Origin: Fistulifera solaris | Taxonomy: Eukaryota | Assembly (NCBI GenBank): GCA_030295235.1 | Contig: AP026127.1 | Location: 930,001-994,000 of the forward strand | Direction: 5' to 3' | DNA length: 64,000 nt | Shown here: piece by piece, positions 11,253 through 23,600 of the stretch | How positions within the stretch are numbered: the first letter of the stretch is position 1 | How the letters are laid out: each line of letters begins with the position of its first letter | The notes under the pieces: generated by a model | Databases searched by the model: none | Told to the model about the DNA's origin: nothing | The model's input: the letters and a program-made list of their open reading frames with translations, nothing else | Translations under genes and position numbers: made by a program

Positions 11253-14200
11253 CTACAACTTCTCTTTCGAAGCCCCGCGTGTCAAGCGACTGGAAGCGCG
11301 AGCTACGAGATCTTCCTGACTCTTCTCGCTCAAATCACCGTCCTCGTCATTGATCTGCTTCTCAACTTCCGCAAGAAAGCCCTCATCATCCGATAAGGTA
11401 TCGCTGCGGAACATGCGTGAACGTAACGGAACATTGTCGGCATCTTGGATATCATCCAAGCGCACCTGGTGATTGGCGTACTCCGCCGTGTACTTTTCAA
11501 CCAACTTCTCGACAACTTGGTGACCTTGAGCTTCCCATTCGGCGCGGTTTTTCTGAGCGTAGTTCAAGTATTCGTCGCTGGATACACCAAATACACCGCA
11601 TTCCTTCAACTTCTTGGCCAACGGGATGATGTAGAAATCAAAGAAACCGATCTCGCCATTGTACCAGAACTCGGACGGATCTTTTTCAGAACGTCCGTTG
11701 CGCCACGCATCGTACATTTCGTGGAAAAGACGTTCGTTCCACTTGCGGTAGATGTGCCAATGCTGCATGGTATGAGCAATATCGGAAGCTTGAATCAAGT
11801 GCTCGATGACGATCGTTGCCTTGCGATTGTTGTTCTCGCGAGAATCAACCTGATTTTCTTCCGCAAAAGCTTTCTCCCAGCGTGCATTGCGAAGTGCCTT
11901 GAGCTCTTTATCGACGATATCAGTAGCCATGACGGAATTGACGACTAGCTCACGGAAGTGACGCATCTCTTCATCGGTCTCGCAGATCAAGTTTCGGAGG
12001 TCTTTGTAATTCTTGTGCATCAGCAAATCCCACGCAATGTCGACCGAGTTCTGCTCGGCAACAGACTTTCCATCATAAATCTTGGCGACTTCCGCGCCCT
12101 CCTTGACCAGTTGAGCATTGGGAACACCGGAATGGTCCGTGTCGTGGATCAGCGCGGCAAACACACATGCAAACTGGGTCAACGGGTCCGACGTAATGCC
12201 ATAAGTGTGATCGTGAAGAGTAGCCGCATGGTCCTGGTTGTTCGCGTTCTTCGAGTTCACATCAGGAGCGATGATTCGGCTTAGGAGTTTCACCACAGAC
12301 ATGGTTACGTGCGATGCATGTTCAAAGTTGTGGAATGGGTTATCGCGATAGAAAGTTGCAACAAGCATCACATAGTCACGGAGTTGTTTCTGGGCCGCTT
12401 CTCCGAGATCGATACTTTGAGGATCTTCCTGGTACTGGGCTGCCAAAGGGTCATACTCGGGGAGTTCGATGATCTCTTTCACTTCGTCAATGACAGTGCC
12501 GCCAGACTTTATTTCGAGTGTTGCAGGTGTACTACTCGACACGGTTCCTCTCAGCTTCTTGATGGCATTGCGATGCGCAACAATCTGGCGAAGGAGACGA
12601 GCAAGCACGTCCGAGTTCCAATCCACCAAGCGTCGCAGCTTGTCCTCATCCATATCAGTCTTGCTTTTAGCTTTCTCCTCTTTCTTGGCCGCCTTTGCTT
12701 GCTCCAAGTTCTTGGCCTCGAACGGGCTAATGCTCTCTTCAGTTTGACCGTCCGATGCACATGATCCGGTGGGGGCGATGGACGGAGCCTTGACTTCGAG
12801 CCAAAATGTTTGCATATCCCCCTTTACTTTGGTCCTGATGACATCTTCTCTTTTCCTGAGCCAATGACCCTTTCCAGCAGCCTCAAGAAGACTGGCGGTT
12901 TCGGTAGAAAGGTGAATGCGGTTTCTCGAACCAGAACTTTCGATCTTTGAAGCCGTATTGACAGTGTCACCGAACAGCTGGAACCGAGACTTGTCACCGC
13001 GCAACACACCCGCGGTGACAGGTCCACTATGCAAACCGATTCGCATGGAAAGATCACCGGTATCAGGTCCAAGTGTCAACTCGAGTTTCTTGGTCAGATC
13101 ATTCATCCTGTGAAGACAGTCACGAGCAAAGCGAGCCATGACCACAGCATGGTCCTTGCGAGCCTCGGGGAGGCCAGCAACTGCGACGTAACAATCGCCA
13201 ACCGTCTCGACCTTGAAAACACGTCGGCTGCGCGCAATCTCATCGAATGCGTGGTACACAGTCTCAAGGAGTGAGAAAACTTGAGTTGGCTCTCGCACAC
13301 TTGACCATGCAGTGAATCCTGCAATAAAGAAGTTAAAAAAGTGAGTCGATTGTAAAGTATTTTGCGAATATTCTGGTGCAAACTCTGGAAGTGTACGTAC
13401 CAACAATATCTGCAAACTGCGCACGAAGTTATAAATAATTGTTGCAAAATGAGTTGACTGGATCAAAAGTGATGCCTTTGCTTTGAAAATTCAACGACCA
13501 ACGTACCATGACTGTCGCTTCAGGGAAGAGATCTGCAATGGGCTTGCTATCAAACGCGTTTCCGTTTTCGAGAACGTTTTCGTCGTGAACAAAGTCCTTG
13601 AGCTGGGCCTTTGCGCCAAAACCAAAGCTTTTCTTGTTCATTTGAGTTTGAATTTGCTCATCGGCATCTTTTAAAATTCGGTCACGGACGTTTGAAGGGA
13701 AGAGAGCCGTAACAATCTTGTTGGTTCGGCGGGCTGCCTCCACTACCTTTCTTTGTCGAAGAAGAACAAGATAATCGTAAAGAAGAAAGACAAGGGCTGT
13801 GAACACGAAGACGGAAACAACAACGATTGTGTACACAACAGGCTTGTTTGAATGGTATTCGTCTTCGAAAGTTGAAGTAGGGTAGACATGAATGGTGTAG
13901 TCGCAACTCTCTTCGGTATGCGCGAATCTGGAGTGGTCGCCGAATTCAACCGCAAGTCCCATGTAGTCATAGGCTTTGTCATGGAAATCACCGCTTCCAA
14001 CGAAGTAAGCGTCTGGGCCGTTGATCGTGTAGGTGAACTGCTGGCCACATGTGTTGTCCATCACAACATCAATACCATTTACTCCCTCTGGGATCATATC
14101 CAGAAATAGCTCATCAAATGGCAAGACCATGATCAACGAAGCAACGATGTCATGGGATGTATGGCTTTGACCGTCTTTTGTGAACGATCTGAACACTGGG

Positions 14201-15138
14201 TATAACACATACGTGTGAGGGTGCTCGAAGTCATCTTCAATGGCGCCTTTATAGATGAAAGAAAGGTCAACTACTTCAGAAAAGACCGGTTGACTAGTCG
14301 TCTGCATTGCATGGAACAAGCGCTGGATAACGGGATGCGATAGAATGTCGTAATTCACAATTTGTGTGTCATGAGGGGCGGGGCTCTGTTGCCACAGAGG
14401 GGCAAAGTAGTTGACACCATTCAAGTCGAAACCTTCACCATTTTGAACCACGTTCGTTCCCGAGTCGCCATCGGAGAAGCGCCAAACAAAGTCTTCGATG
14501 GGTTCATTCTTTTCCTGGTAGTTTTCTCTGAGCTGGCGTTCTTTCGCGACAGATAGTCCCTCGTCGATCCATTCTTCATTCTGTTGAGCGTAAATCTCCC
14601 ATTCTTCCTTTTCGTCCGCACGAACCATAGGGGCAAGCGATACCTGCAGTGCTTTGGATAAGATATTGTTGTGGTAGCCTCGTAGTTCAAAGTCGGGTAT
14701 GGTGACTTGAGGCCACGCTCCGGAAGAGGCCAGGACAAAGATGTTATTGAAACAGAGAGACTGTTTCCTGCAGCAAGGGCACTATTGGCCTCTTGGATAA
14801 TGATATTGGCAATTTCAACAGCGTATTCACTGAACTGTAGAATCAAAGACTTGTAAGACACGCGATCAACTTCTACTCAATTGTTTTCGCAACTGCAAAC
14901 GTACCTGGTTTTCAAAATCATCTTCTTCTCCATTTCTAGCGAAAACAAATGTCAGAGTTCCCACGAGAACAGCCGCAACCAAGATAACAGCAGCCACAAT
15001 ATATTTGGATCGGGTCACCCGATGTGTGTCGGATCGGCCGAACGAACTCGAGCCCGTTGTGCTCGCATGGGACACGGACGGCTCGCCAGTTTCGAGGCTT
15101 TTCGTATTCAAATCGTCGTCTTCATCGTGAAAAGTCAT
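11253..15138 (-). CDS. Membrane receptor class III (guanylyl-type) cyclase fused to a class I cyclic-nucleotide phosphodiesterase; multi-exon
   Basis: TM, CHASE-like sensor, TM, then cyclase motifs FADIVGFT, KVETVGDCY, RIGLHSGPV and RFQLFGDTVNTAS. PDE motifs FHNFEHA, LIHDTDH and IQASDIAH. Introns near 14900, 13417-13506 and 13319-13400. Confidence 0.9.
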
Positions 15139-16169
15139 GTTTAGCACAACAAGGCGTCTTTCTTTCACTTTTCACGCGATGTTTTGATACAAATGAAATC
15201 CATCAACAGCCGACGAAAAGGTCAGTTGCTTGTATCTTGAAAACGCGGCAACCGAAGAAGCCAAAAAACGCAAGAAAGAAGCCCAAGAGAACATCAGAAG
15301 AACATCATGATCTGCTTCGCTCGATACTTTTTTATAACGAGTTAGATTTCCGAAACATACCCAAGAAGCTTCATTTTCAACACCAATGTACTGTAAACTG
15401 TAATAGGTTCGTGGACGACGACTTTTTTACTTTTTTTGCTCTTTAAGGCATCTTCACGTTTCGCGATCAACTCGGTCATTTGTCATTTGTACATTTCATC
15501 GCGTACGATTATAACGCTTGCATGATTGATTAGCTTCATTTGTGGCCATAGCGAATTCAAATTGAAACATCTTCGGTTCGGAATGACGAAAAACCACGTC
15601 AACGGTACGTATTACAGACAATGTTAGCTGCAGTAAGGTTTAAGGATTACAAGTCTGGGGAATGCGTGAGCGTGAGGGCCTTTTCGCTTGGCCGACGCTT
15701 CCTCATGTCGAGTTTTGCATTCGTATCCGGAACATTGAAATGGAGACGATGAAGGACGAATCGTGTTACATCATTTTCCCGATTTCCTGTTTTGTTTCAA
15801 ACGAGCTCAATGGTAGAGCATGAAACTCATGCAGGTTATACTATAGTCCCAATGTGTAGACGACCTTTTTTCACGATTGAATTTCAGTCATGAATGCATA
15901 TGTTCCGAACCAGACCGCCATTTGACATCCATTCATTTTGCTACCTGGTTGAACCACATTTGTCGTCTACATGTATAAATATTCCTAGCATCATTATAAA
16001 TGCACTACTCGATCCAAATGTTGATTTCTTTGCGCATCATTGCCTTTTAACAGATTACTGTAGGTCCAAAGTGTTGGTTCAAGGTAATCATGACTGGAAA
16101 CCATTCAGTCATGAATAAAAATGATGCAGCATGCAGCACCGTCTTCTTTTCCATTTTCAAGCTAAAACG

Positions 16170-18033
16170 ATGAGTGGTAGACAAATTAGTTGTTATAATG
16201 CTGTATACATTTCAGCATCGCTTTCTTGTCCCTTAGAAGACATCCTTATCCATTCCGACAGGGAGTATGATGATCAAGAGTTTCTAAGGTCGTTGCAACG
16301 CAAAGTATTGTCTTTAAACGAACAAGACGACGAGGATCCAGATAATGTAATTCCGACACTGCTGATCCGCCCCAGCGACGGCTCCCCGGGCTTGTTTGTG
16401 TACCATAATCCTACGAGCAATCGAACCAATCTACCGAATATTCGAGCGACTCGTTTGGCTATGGCGTGTGGTTTGTTTGCGATGCGCTTTCATGGAACCG
16501 TCCTCATCCTTCAACGACCACAGAAAACCGAAGCCCTCACCGCGGCACAGTTAGAAATGGCGTGTTGTGGTAGCCCCGATTTGCGATCCAGTATTTTGTC
16601 TTTGTTAGGAATGAAGAATTGTGAGGCTCCCAAATGGTTATTGCGGGCTGCACAGAGCAATTATCACGATCAGGTTGCGGTGCAAAAACTAGCGTCTGTC
16701 ATGCAAAAGCGCGACGAAAGTAGTGAAGAAGAGGAAGAAAGTGATGATGAAAGACAAACTACTAAAGGAAAGCTACAGCCTTGTGATGAGGGGGGAACGT
16801 AAGGAGTTTGTTACTAGCGTACCTTTGTGTTTGCACTGTCGACGACCCGCGAGCGAGCTTTGTACTGGTTGTCACGGCGTTTACTTTTGCAACGATATGT
16901 GTCGACGAGAAGGGTGAGTCTATTGCTGACCCTTGTTCTTACCCAGAATGAAATTTTCTAACCGAGTGGTGTGCGCGCCTTGTAGATGGCCGCATGAGTG
17001 TTTTTGTGCAACGTTTTGGTTATACACGGAGAGGCGCATCGAGCTGTCCACATTTGATCATATTGACGTATGGACCAGAAGGCTGGTAGGTCGGGAATTC
17101 CAGTTGTCGGACGACCCTTATGCGGAGTTTCTAGCCGAACATGGTATTACGCGAGAAACTTGTTCCTCCTGGTGGAGGACGGAAATGGACGGTTGGGCGG
17201 GTGGGTCCAGTGAAAGTGCCCAAGCAGTCGATGTAACCAAACGAAAGACTTACGAAGAAGGCTTCTACCCTGTTACAATTGGGCTTCCAAAAGAAGAATG
17301 TCTGAACGATAGTATCTTCACCGAGTGGGGAAACAGAAATGAGATTGGCTTTTTGCGACTGCACTCTTGGCAAGATTACTACCGCTTGCGGGAAATTCCT
17401 GAATCCAGCATTGTTGCTTTGCTCATGACCTTCCCTCTGACGTTGTACCATCTCATTGTAGAATATGGCCAAGTGCCATGTACGGTTGCTCGAATGCTTG
17501 ATCGACCACTACGAGTTCACATTGTTGGTGCGGAAAAGGAACTAAACTTTCTGGACATCTTTCGAGAAGTTGTGTTTCTGCTTCCTCAAAATGTCTCCCT
17601 TCAGCTGGTTTTCGTGGTTCGACAAGATATGCTTCCAGATAATGTTAGAGCGAACATGTCGAACGAGCTAGAGATACCCCTTCACGAGCGTCTCGTAGTT
17701 ACTTTGGTTGGTGGAACCTACGGCGATTCGCTGGATCCTGATTTCGACTGTCATGGTTCACCAGACATTGTTGTCGCATTCAATGCCGGCTTGTTCGCAT
17801 ATCCCAGCTGGAGAAACGTTGTGGAATATCTACATCGGAAGCCATCGGTAATCGGAATGTTTACCGACTACAACGAAATGAGCGGCGCCCAGTGTGCCAG
17901 CCTTGGCAATAGTCGGGAATCCGTTCAGATGAACCCGTTCCGTCAACCTCGCGCAATGCCTGTTTACAGTATGAACTTGCCTCAATTCGCGAATGGTTTC
18001 ATTTATGTCTTCAATCCTCAAACATTGGACTAA
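16170..18033 (+). CDS. MYND zinc-finger / MSS51-like protein (intron about 16914-16985; frameshift near 16790)
   Basis: CLHC...CTGC..VYFC..CRREG|WPHEC zinc finger, followed by LMTFPLTLY, VHIVGAEKEL, AFNAGLFAYPSW and NPFRQP motifs. Confidence 0.75.
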
Positions 18034-18121
18034 TCATTGATTACGACAATTGCAGCTAACACGCACGAAGTCTCCATAAAGTCATATAGAATGCTAATTT
18101 TTAACAATACAGCAGTAACCA

Positions 18122-20164
18122 CTAATGTGTTGTTTCCGGAGAAGATGCTGACGACACCGCGTTAAGAATAGGTTGGATTGGCCGAAAAGTGAACAGGACG
18201 TCGTGCACATCATACTGGGGATCGTCAAGATTGTACAATGGCACTAAAAACAATGGTGTAGCCTTTTCGGCAACGATGATTTGCTCGTCTTGTTGCGGTT
18301 GATGATCTCGAATAGCTTGATTCAGAGCCTTTGTAATCAACGCCTCGTTCATCTCACCGCTCCTCAACTTTTGAATCATTTGGCTGGAACGGTGTGGGTC
18401 AAGTCGAAGCCGCTTGGAGGGCGAAGCCGTCGATGTCTGCTCGTCGCCATTTACGTCACCCTCTTCCCGACGCTTGCGCATTCCTTCAAGTATGCCGTGA
18501 AGCGATCGACTGACATCCGGTATATACTTACGGAGTCGGTTGGACCGCTCTTTCGCGTCCTTGAGAGCGGTCCGTTTCACCAAATGAACTTTGAGCTGCT
18601 GACAACAAGACTGTAGCGCGCGTTTTACGGATTGCTGGATTTCGGTAGCATCGTCTCCAATGTATTCCTTGGACGTCCCTTTAAACGGTATTTTGGTACT
18701 CACGATGCTCACATAGACTCCGATTTTGTCCCGTTTGAAATCAATCTTGTACGAAGACCATTTGATCTTGCTATTTGCGACACGCGTTGATACATCCGCG
18801 CCGCTCTCAAACAATAAAGGAATCCGATTGGCAAATCGTACCACTGTAATGCCTTCTTTCATTGTTTTCCCTCCCAGACTGACAGCGGCTTCTACCAAGA
18901 AAGGATGTCCTTCGTAAGCCGCTGGCTTGTCACGAGCCGTGGCAATCAAATCCGGTTTCTGCACGAATTGAATACCCAGATTGAGATTGTATTCTCCCAA
19001 GGGACTCAAGCAACTTCCATCGGGCGCCTTGAAGATCTCCACGCGTTTCAGTAGCTGCACCAATCGAGTAATGTGTGCATCGGTCAATTCACGCGGATCC
19101 ATCTCTTCGTCCACTTCGTTCAACTCCCCAATCAGACGCTTGGCCATCGCCGGACTCACCGAAGCCAGTTCCGTGGACAAGAATTTCACCAAAGTCTTGG
19201 CTCGTGTCATTTGAATCAATTGTTGCACAATGATATTGTTAACCGAGGAGGGATGATGTTTGACGGTAGCCGCCGGTGGAGGCATCTGTTCGGAACGACG
19301 CTGGTATTGAAGTTGCAGATTTCGTTGCGGTTCGGAAATGTTCTCGTAATCGAGTTGCAAATACGCGTACGGCGTGATGATCGCCAGTTGCTGAATGTAC
19401 TGGACGATTCTGGATCGATAGGTCGTCCAATTTCCCGCAATCAACAGTTCCATCCTCGTTCCGATGAAATTGTCCTTGTTGACGTACTTCGTGTGCTCCA
19501 TGATAATGGGTTCATTCTTGGAAATGTCAATATCCAGAACACAAACACTGCAATGCGTCGGAATGTCCGTCCCCGAGCGGCGATGCGCCGTTTGAATCCG
19601 AACCGGCTGCCCACTCGACTTTTTACTCCAAATCAACGCCATCTTGGCTCCGAGTCCGAATTTGCCGCGCGTTTGCCGCACACCGTATTTGCTCCCCGAC
19701 AAGACCTTTCCGAGCAAATGGGGGATCGCGTTGTGTTCCATGCCGCAGCCATTGTCTTGCACGACAATGCGAAAATACGCATCTTGTGAGGCCGTTTTGC
19801 GTTTCTTTGTGGAAGATTCGTTCGTTTCTTGCGTGAGCTGTGATTCGGTGGGGGGCTTTTTGGGAGTCTTGGTTTTCTTATGAAAAAGTTCTCGATCATT
19901 CGCGTTTTTCCGTGGCGATTCGGCGAGTCCGGCGATTTTATTGAATTCTTTTTGCGTGTATTCTGTGACATGAACGGATATTTCCGGCAGAATATTGGCG
20001 GATTCGCAAGCATCGAGGGAGTTTTCCACCAATTCACGGATGCTCGTATACAAGGATTTGCCGAGATTGTCAAAGCCCGCAATTGCTTGATGTTCCGCGA
20101 AGAATTCGGCGGGGCTTTTCTGTATCTGTACTTCACTTGGTGAAGGATCTTTCGATTTCGACAT
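18122..20164 (-). CDS. TOP6B: DNA topoisomerase VI subunit B
   Basis: SPAEFF..IAGFDN, GHKL motifs ELVENSLDA, DNGCGM and GKFGLGAK, and transducer motifs RFANRIPLL and STKIPFKGTSKE. Confidence 0.95.
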   Translation of the reverse strand: MSKSKDPSPSEVQIQKSPAEFFAEHQAIAGFDNLGKSLYTSIRELVENSLDACESANILPEISVHVTEYTQKEFNKIAGLAESPRKNANDRELFHKKTKTPKKPPTESQLTQETNESSTKKRKTASQDAYFRIVVQDNGCGMEHNAIPHLLGKVLSGSKYGVRQTRGKFGLGAKMALIWSKKSSGQPVRIQTAHRRSGTDIPTHCSVCVLDIDISKNEPIIMEHTKYVNKDNFIGTRMELLIAGNWTTYRSRIVQYIQQLAIITPYAYLQLDYENISEPQRNLQLQYQRRSEQMPPPAATVKHHPSSVNNIIVQQLIQMTRAKTLVKFLSTELASVSPAMAKRLIGELNEVDEEMDPRELTDAHITRLVQLLKRVEIFKAPDGSCLSPLGEYNLNLGIQFVQKPDLIATARDKPAAYEGHPFLVEAAVSLGGKTMKEGITVVRFANRIPLLFESGADVSTRVANSKIKWSSYKIDFKRDKIGVYVSIVSTKIPFKGTSKEYIGDDATEIQQSVKRALQSCCQQLKVHLVKRTALKDAKERSNRLRKYIPDVSRSLHGILEGMRKRREEGDVNGDEQTSTASPSKRLRLDPHRSSQMIQKLRSGEMNEALITKALNQAIRDHQPQQDEQIIVAEKATPLFLVPLYNLDDPQYDVHDVLFTFRPIQPILNAVSSASSPETTH

Positions 20165-20639
20165 CTTTCTTTGATTTTATCTGGTTGTTTTCGTTTGAAA
20201 GGGTTAGTCAACAAGCAAATGCGGATGAATTATGAATGTTATTATTTCGCAATAATGCGCGTCTTTTTTTGTGTCATTGCGATCGTCGCGATCATAAAAG
20301 GCAAAACCAATTGGCGGGACTGGAATGAAATTCAGTCGGGGTATATAGACGATACTCTTTACATCATAGTCATAAGATTTCGGCTCGACGGGCGCTCTTC
20401 AACGTTTTCCCGCGCTAAAAAAGTGTACGACTTTGAGCTATTTTTTTCAAACGGAAAATCTCCACCTCCATTTCCCCCACGGCGCGCTCGAGCAAGCCAA
20501 GATGTGGCGCCAATGGACAACTATTGCGAAAGCATAACAATGCTCATTGTTGTTGCAAAACACATCTCTGAAATAAGAAACAGCAAGAGACCGAAAACAG
20601 CAAGTGAACAAAGCAGTGTTGACATTTGAGTTTTACAAG
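20165..20639. promoter_or_regulatory. Bidirectional promoter of TOP6B/POLE with E2F-like sites
   Basis: 475-bp head-to-head spacer containing TTTCCCGC at 20406-20413 and TTGGCGGGA at 20311-20319. Confidence 0.5.
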
Positions 20640-23600
20640 ATGCCAGGCTTTCAGCAGCAGCGGAAAGTCTTCGGGCAATCGATGCAGAAGAAAACGTCCT
20701 ATCAACGTCAGTTTGGTGGCAGTACCTCATATCGATCGGGAGATACCGACGATGCCGCTGCCAAGGCCGCGTTAGCGGCGGAACGAAGAAAGCGGAAACA
20801 AGTTGCTGCCGAAAATGTAGAAAAGGCCTTTGGGATTGATCAGTTTGTCATTGATAAGGAAAAAACGCAACCGAGGCGTGGTTGGCTTTACAATGTTCTT
20901 CCGACGACGGTACGTACGCTATCGAAGGACTCTCCGATGAAGACGTTTTTACTTACTTCTAAACGCAACAACTGATATAAAATTTTCACCTGGTTCGCTC
21001 GTTTTACCACACAGGTACCCGCCACCGACGGATCGATCGGTGAACGCTCGGGCCTTGATTTGTACTTTCTCTCGGAATCCGGCAAAGACAACTTCAAGGC
21101 AACCGTACTTTATCGACCTTTTTCTACATTCTGCCTGATTTAGAGGAGGTTACACAACCCGACATTGCCTTGGAGTTGCTCACGTCAACGTTGATGCGTC
21201 AGTTCGAAGTGCACAGTGTCAACGTCGTTCATCGCATCGATTTGGATCAGCCGAATCATTTGGCCCCCAAAAACAGACACGGACGACCCTTGTTGCAACT
21301 CGTCTTTGACACCGTGAGTCAGCTCACACTAGTTCGCGATCAGCTACGCTCGATTGTGGAAAAGAATGCTCAGCGATCCAAGGCAGTCGTCTCCTTTCAA
21401 ATGAACGACGCATCGTTGCACGACGAAGTTCTCAAAGATCCGCTTTCGCTGTTGAGCGACTTGAGAGAGTACGATGTACCGTACGTGGTGCGCGTCTGCA
21501 CCGATCGCTCGATTCGTGCCGGAACCTGGTACACTGTGCAAGCCGATGAAGAGTACGGAGTCGAGTTGGTCGATGCCGACAAGGAGCACAAAGCCGACCC
21601 AGTGTTTCTGGCCTTTGATATCGAATGTACAAAAGATCCTCTGAAATTCCCCAATGCGGAACGTGATACTATTTTTATGATTTCGTACATGGTCCGTACC
21701 CCCGGGGCAGTCAAGGCTACCTGATTGTCAGTCGAGATATTGTCGGACAAGACATTGCTGATTTCGAATACACACCGGATAAGCAGTATCCCGGTCCCTT
21801 TCAGATCTTCAATGAGCCGGATGAGAAAGCATTGCTACAGCGCTTCTTTTCCGAATACCGAAAGCACGCGCCCCAGATTGTTGTAACCTATAACGGTGAC
21901 TTTTTCGATTGGCCGTTTGTGGAGACCCGCGCAGCCCACCATGGTTTCAATATCTTTCAAGAAATTGGTGTCGAGCGCATCCAAGACGAATTTCGTGGTC
22001 TAAGTTGTGTTCACTTGGATGCTTTTCATTGGGTACAAAGAGATTCGTACTTACCTCAAGGAGCGCAAGGCTTGAAGGCAGTGACCCGCTATAAGCTGGG
22101 ATATGACCCAGTGGAAGTGGACCCAGAAGACATGGTCGAGTTTGCGAGACGTAAGCCGGTTCACATGGCCACGTATTCGGTCTCCGATGCGGTGGCCACC
22201 TACTACTTGTACGAGAAGTATGTTCATTTGTTCATTTTTTCCTTGTGCACGATCATTCCCATGGGACCGGAGGATGTCCTGCGCAAAGGCAGCGGTACTT
22301 TGTGCGAAACGCTCTTAATGACTCAAGCTACGTCGAAGAATATCTTGTGTCCCAATAAGCAAACGGATCCTCTGGCCAAGTTCCATCAGGGACATTTATT
22401 GGAAAGTGAAACGTACATTGGTGGAAAAGTAGAGTGTTTGGAAACGGGTGTGTATCGTAGTGATATTGAATATGATTTTGATCTGAAGCCTAGCGCTTTC
22501 CAGCAACTGATCGACAATATTGACCGTGACTTGGTGTTTGCAATTGAAGTCGAGGGGGGAAAGAAAAAGGAAGATTTTGTCAATTACGATGAGGTATGTA
22601 ATGCACGGCGCCAGGCAATAGCACTTTACGTGGTTCTTCAACTAACGCACTCCTTCTCCAGATCCGCAGTAAGATTGTGGAGGAACTAGAGAAGCTCCGC
22701 GATCGACCTAAACGCAAAGAAACGCCGTATATCTACCACTTGGACGTCGGCGCCATGTACCCGAACATTATTTTGAGTAATCGTCTACAGCCAGGTGCTA
22801 TCGTTGACGACGCTACGTGTGCAGCTTGTGATTTCAATCAATCCAAAAACAATTGCAAACGCCGCATGCCTTGGATTTGGCGCGGTGACTACAACCCTGC
22901 GACGAAAATGGAGTACGATCGTACGAAAGATCAACTGTCGAGGGAAGTATTTCAAGACGGCGTGCCCTTCTCCCAGTTACCGGAAAGCGAGCAAGCAGCT
23001 TTAGTTGCAAGTCGCCTGAAGACATATGCAAATAAGGCCTACAAGAAAACCAAGATCACTGAAGAGAAACTGCGCGAAGATGTTGTCTGTATGAGAGAGA
23101 ACGATTTCTACGTTGACACAGTTCGTCAGTTCCGAGACCGACGATACGAGTACAAAGCTTTGAAAAGACGTGGAGCAAAAGTCGGAAAATGCAACAGACC
23201 CTGCAACGAAGAAAGAATGCGAGGATCGTTTGCTAGTGTATGACTCGCTCCAGGTGGCGCACAAGTGCATCTTGAACAGTTTTTACGGGTATGTGATGCG
23301 AAAAGGAGCGCGCTGGAGATCTATGGAAATGGCTGGTATTGTTACAAAGAACGGAGCAGATATTATCACACAGGCGCGTCGACTTGTGGAACAAATCGGG
23401 CGGCCTCTTGAGTTGGACACCGACGGTATCTGGTGCATCTTGCCTGGTTCATTCCCTGATGTCTATTCTTTCCTCGCGGAGGATGGATCAAAGCTGAAAC
23501 TTGAATATCCATGTGTCATGTTGAACGCGGCATGCCAAGATGAGTTTACCAACCATCAGTACCAAGTCCTAGTTGATCCAGAAAGAGGAATTTATGAGAC

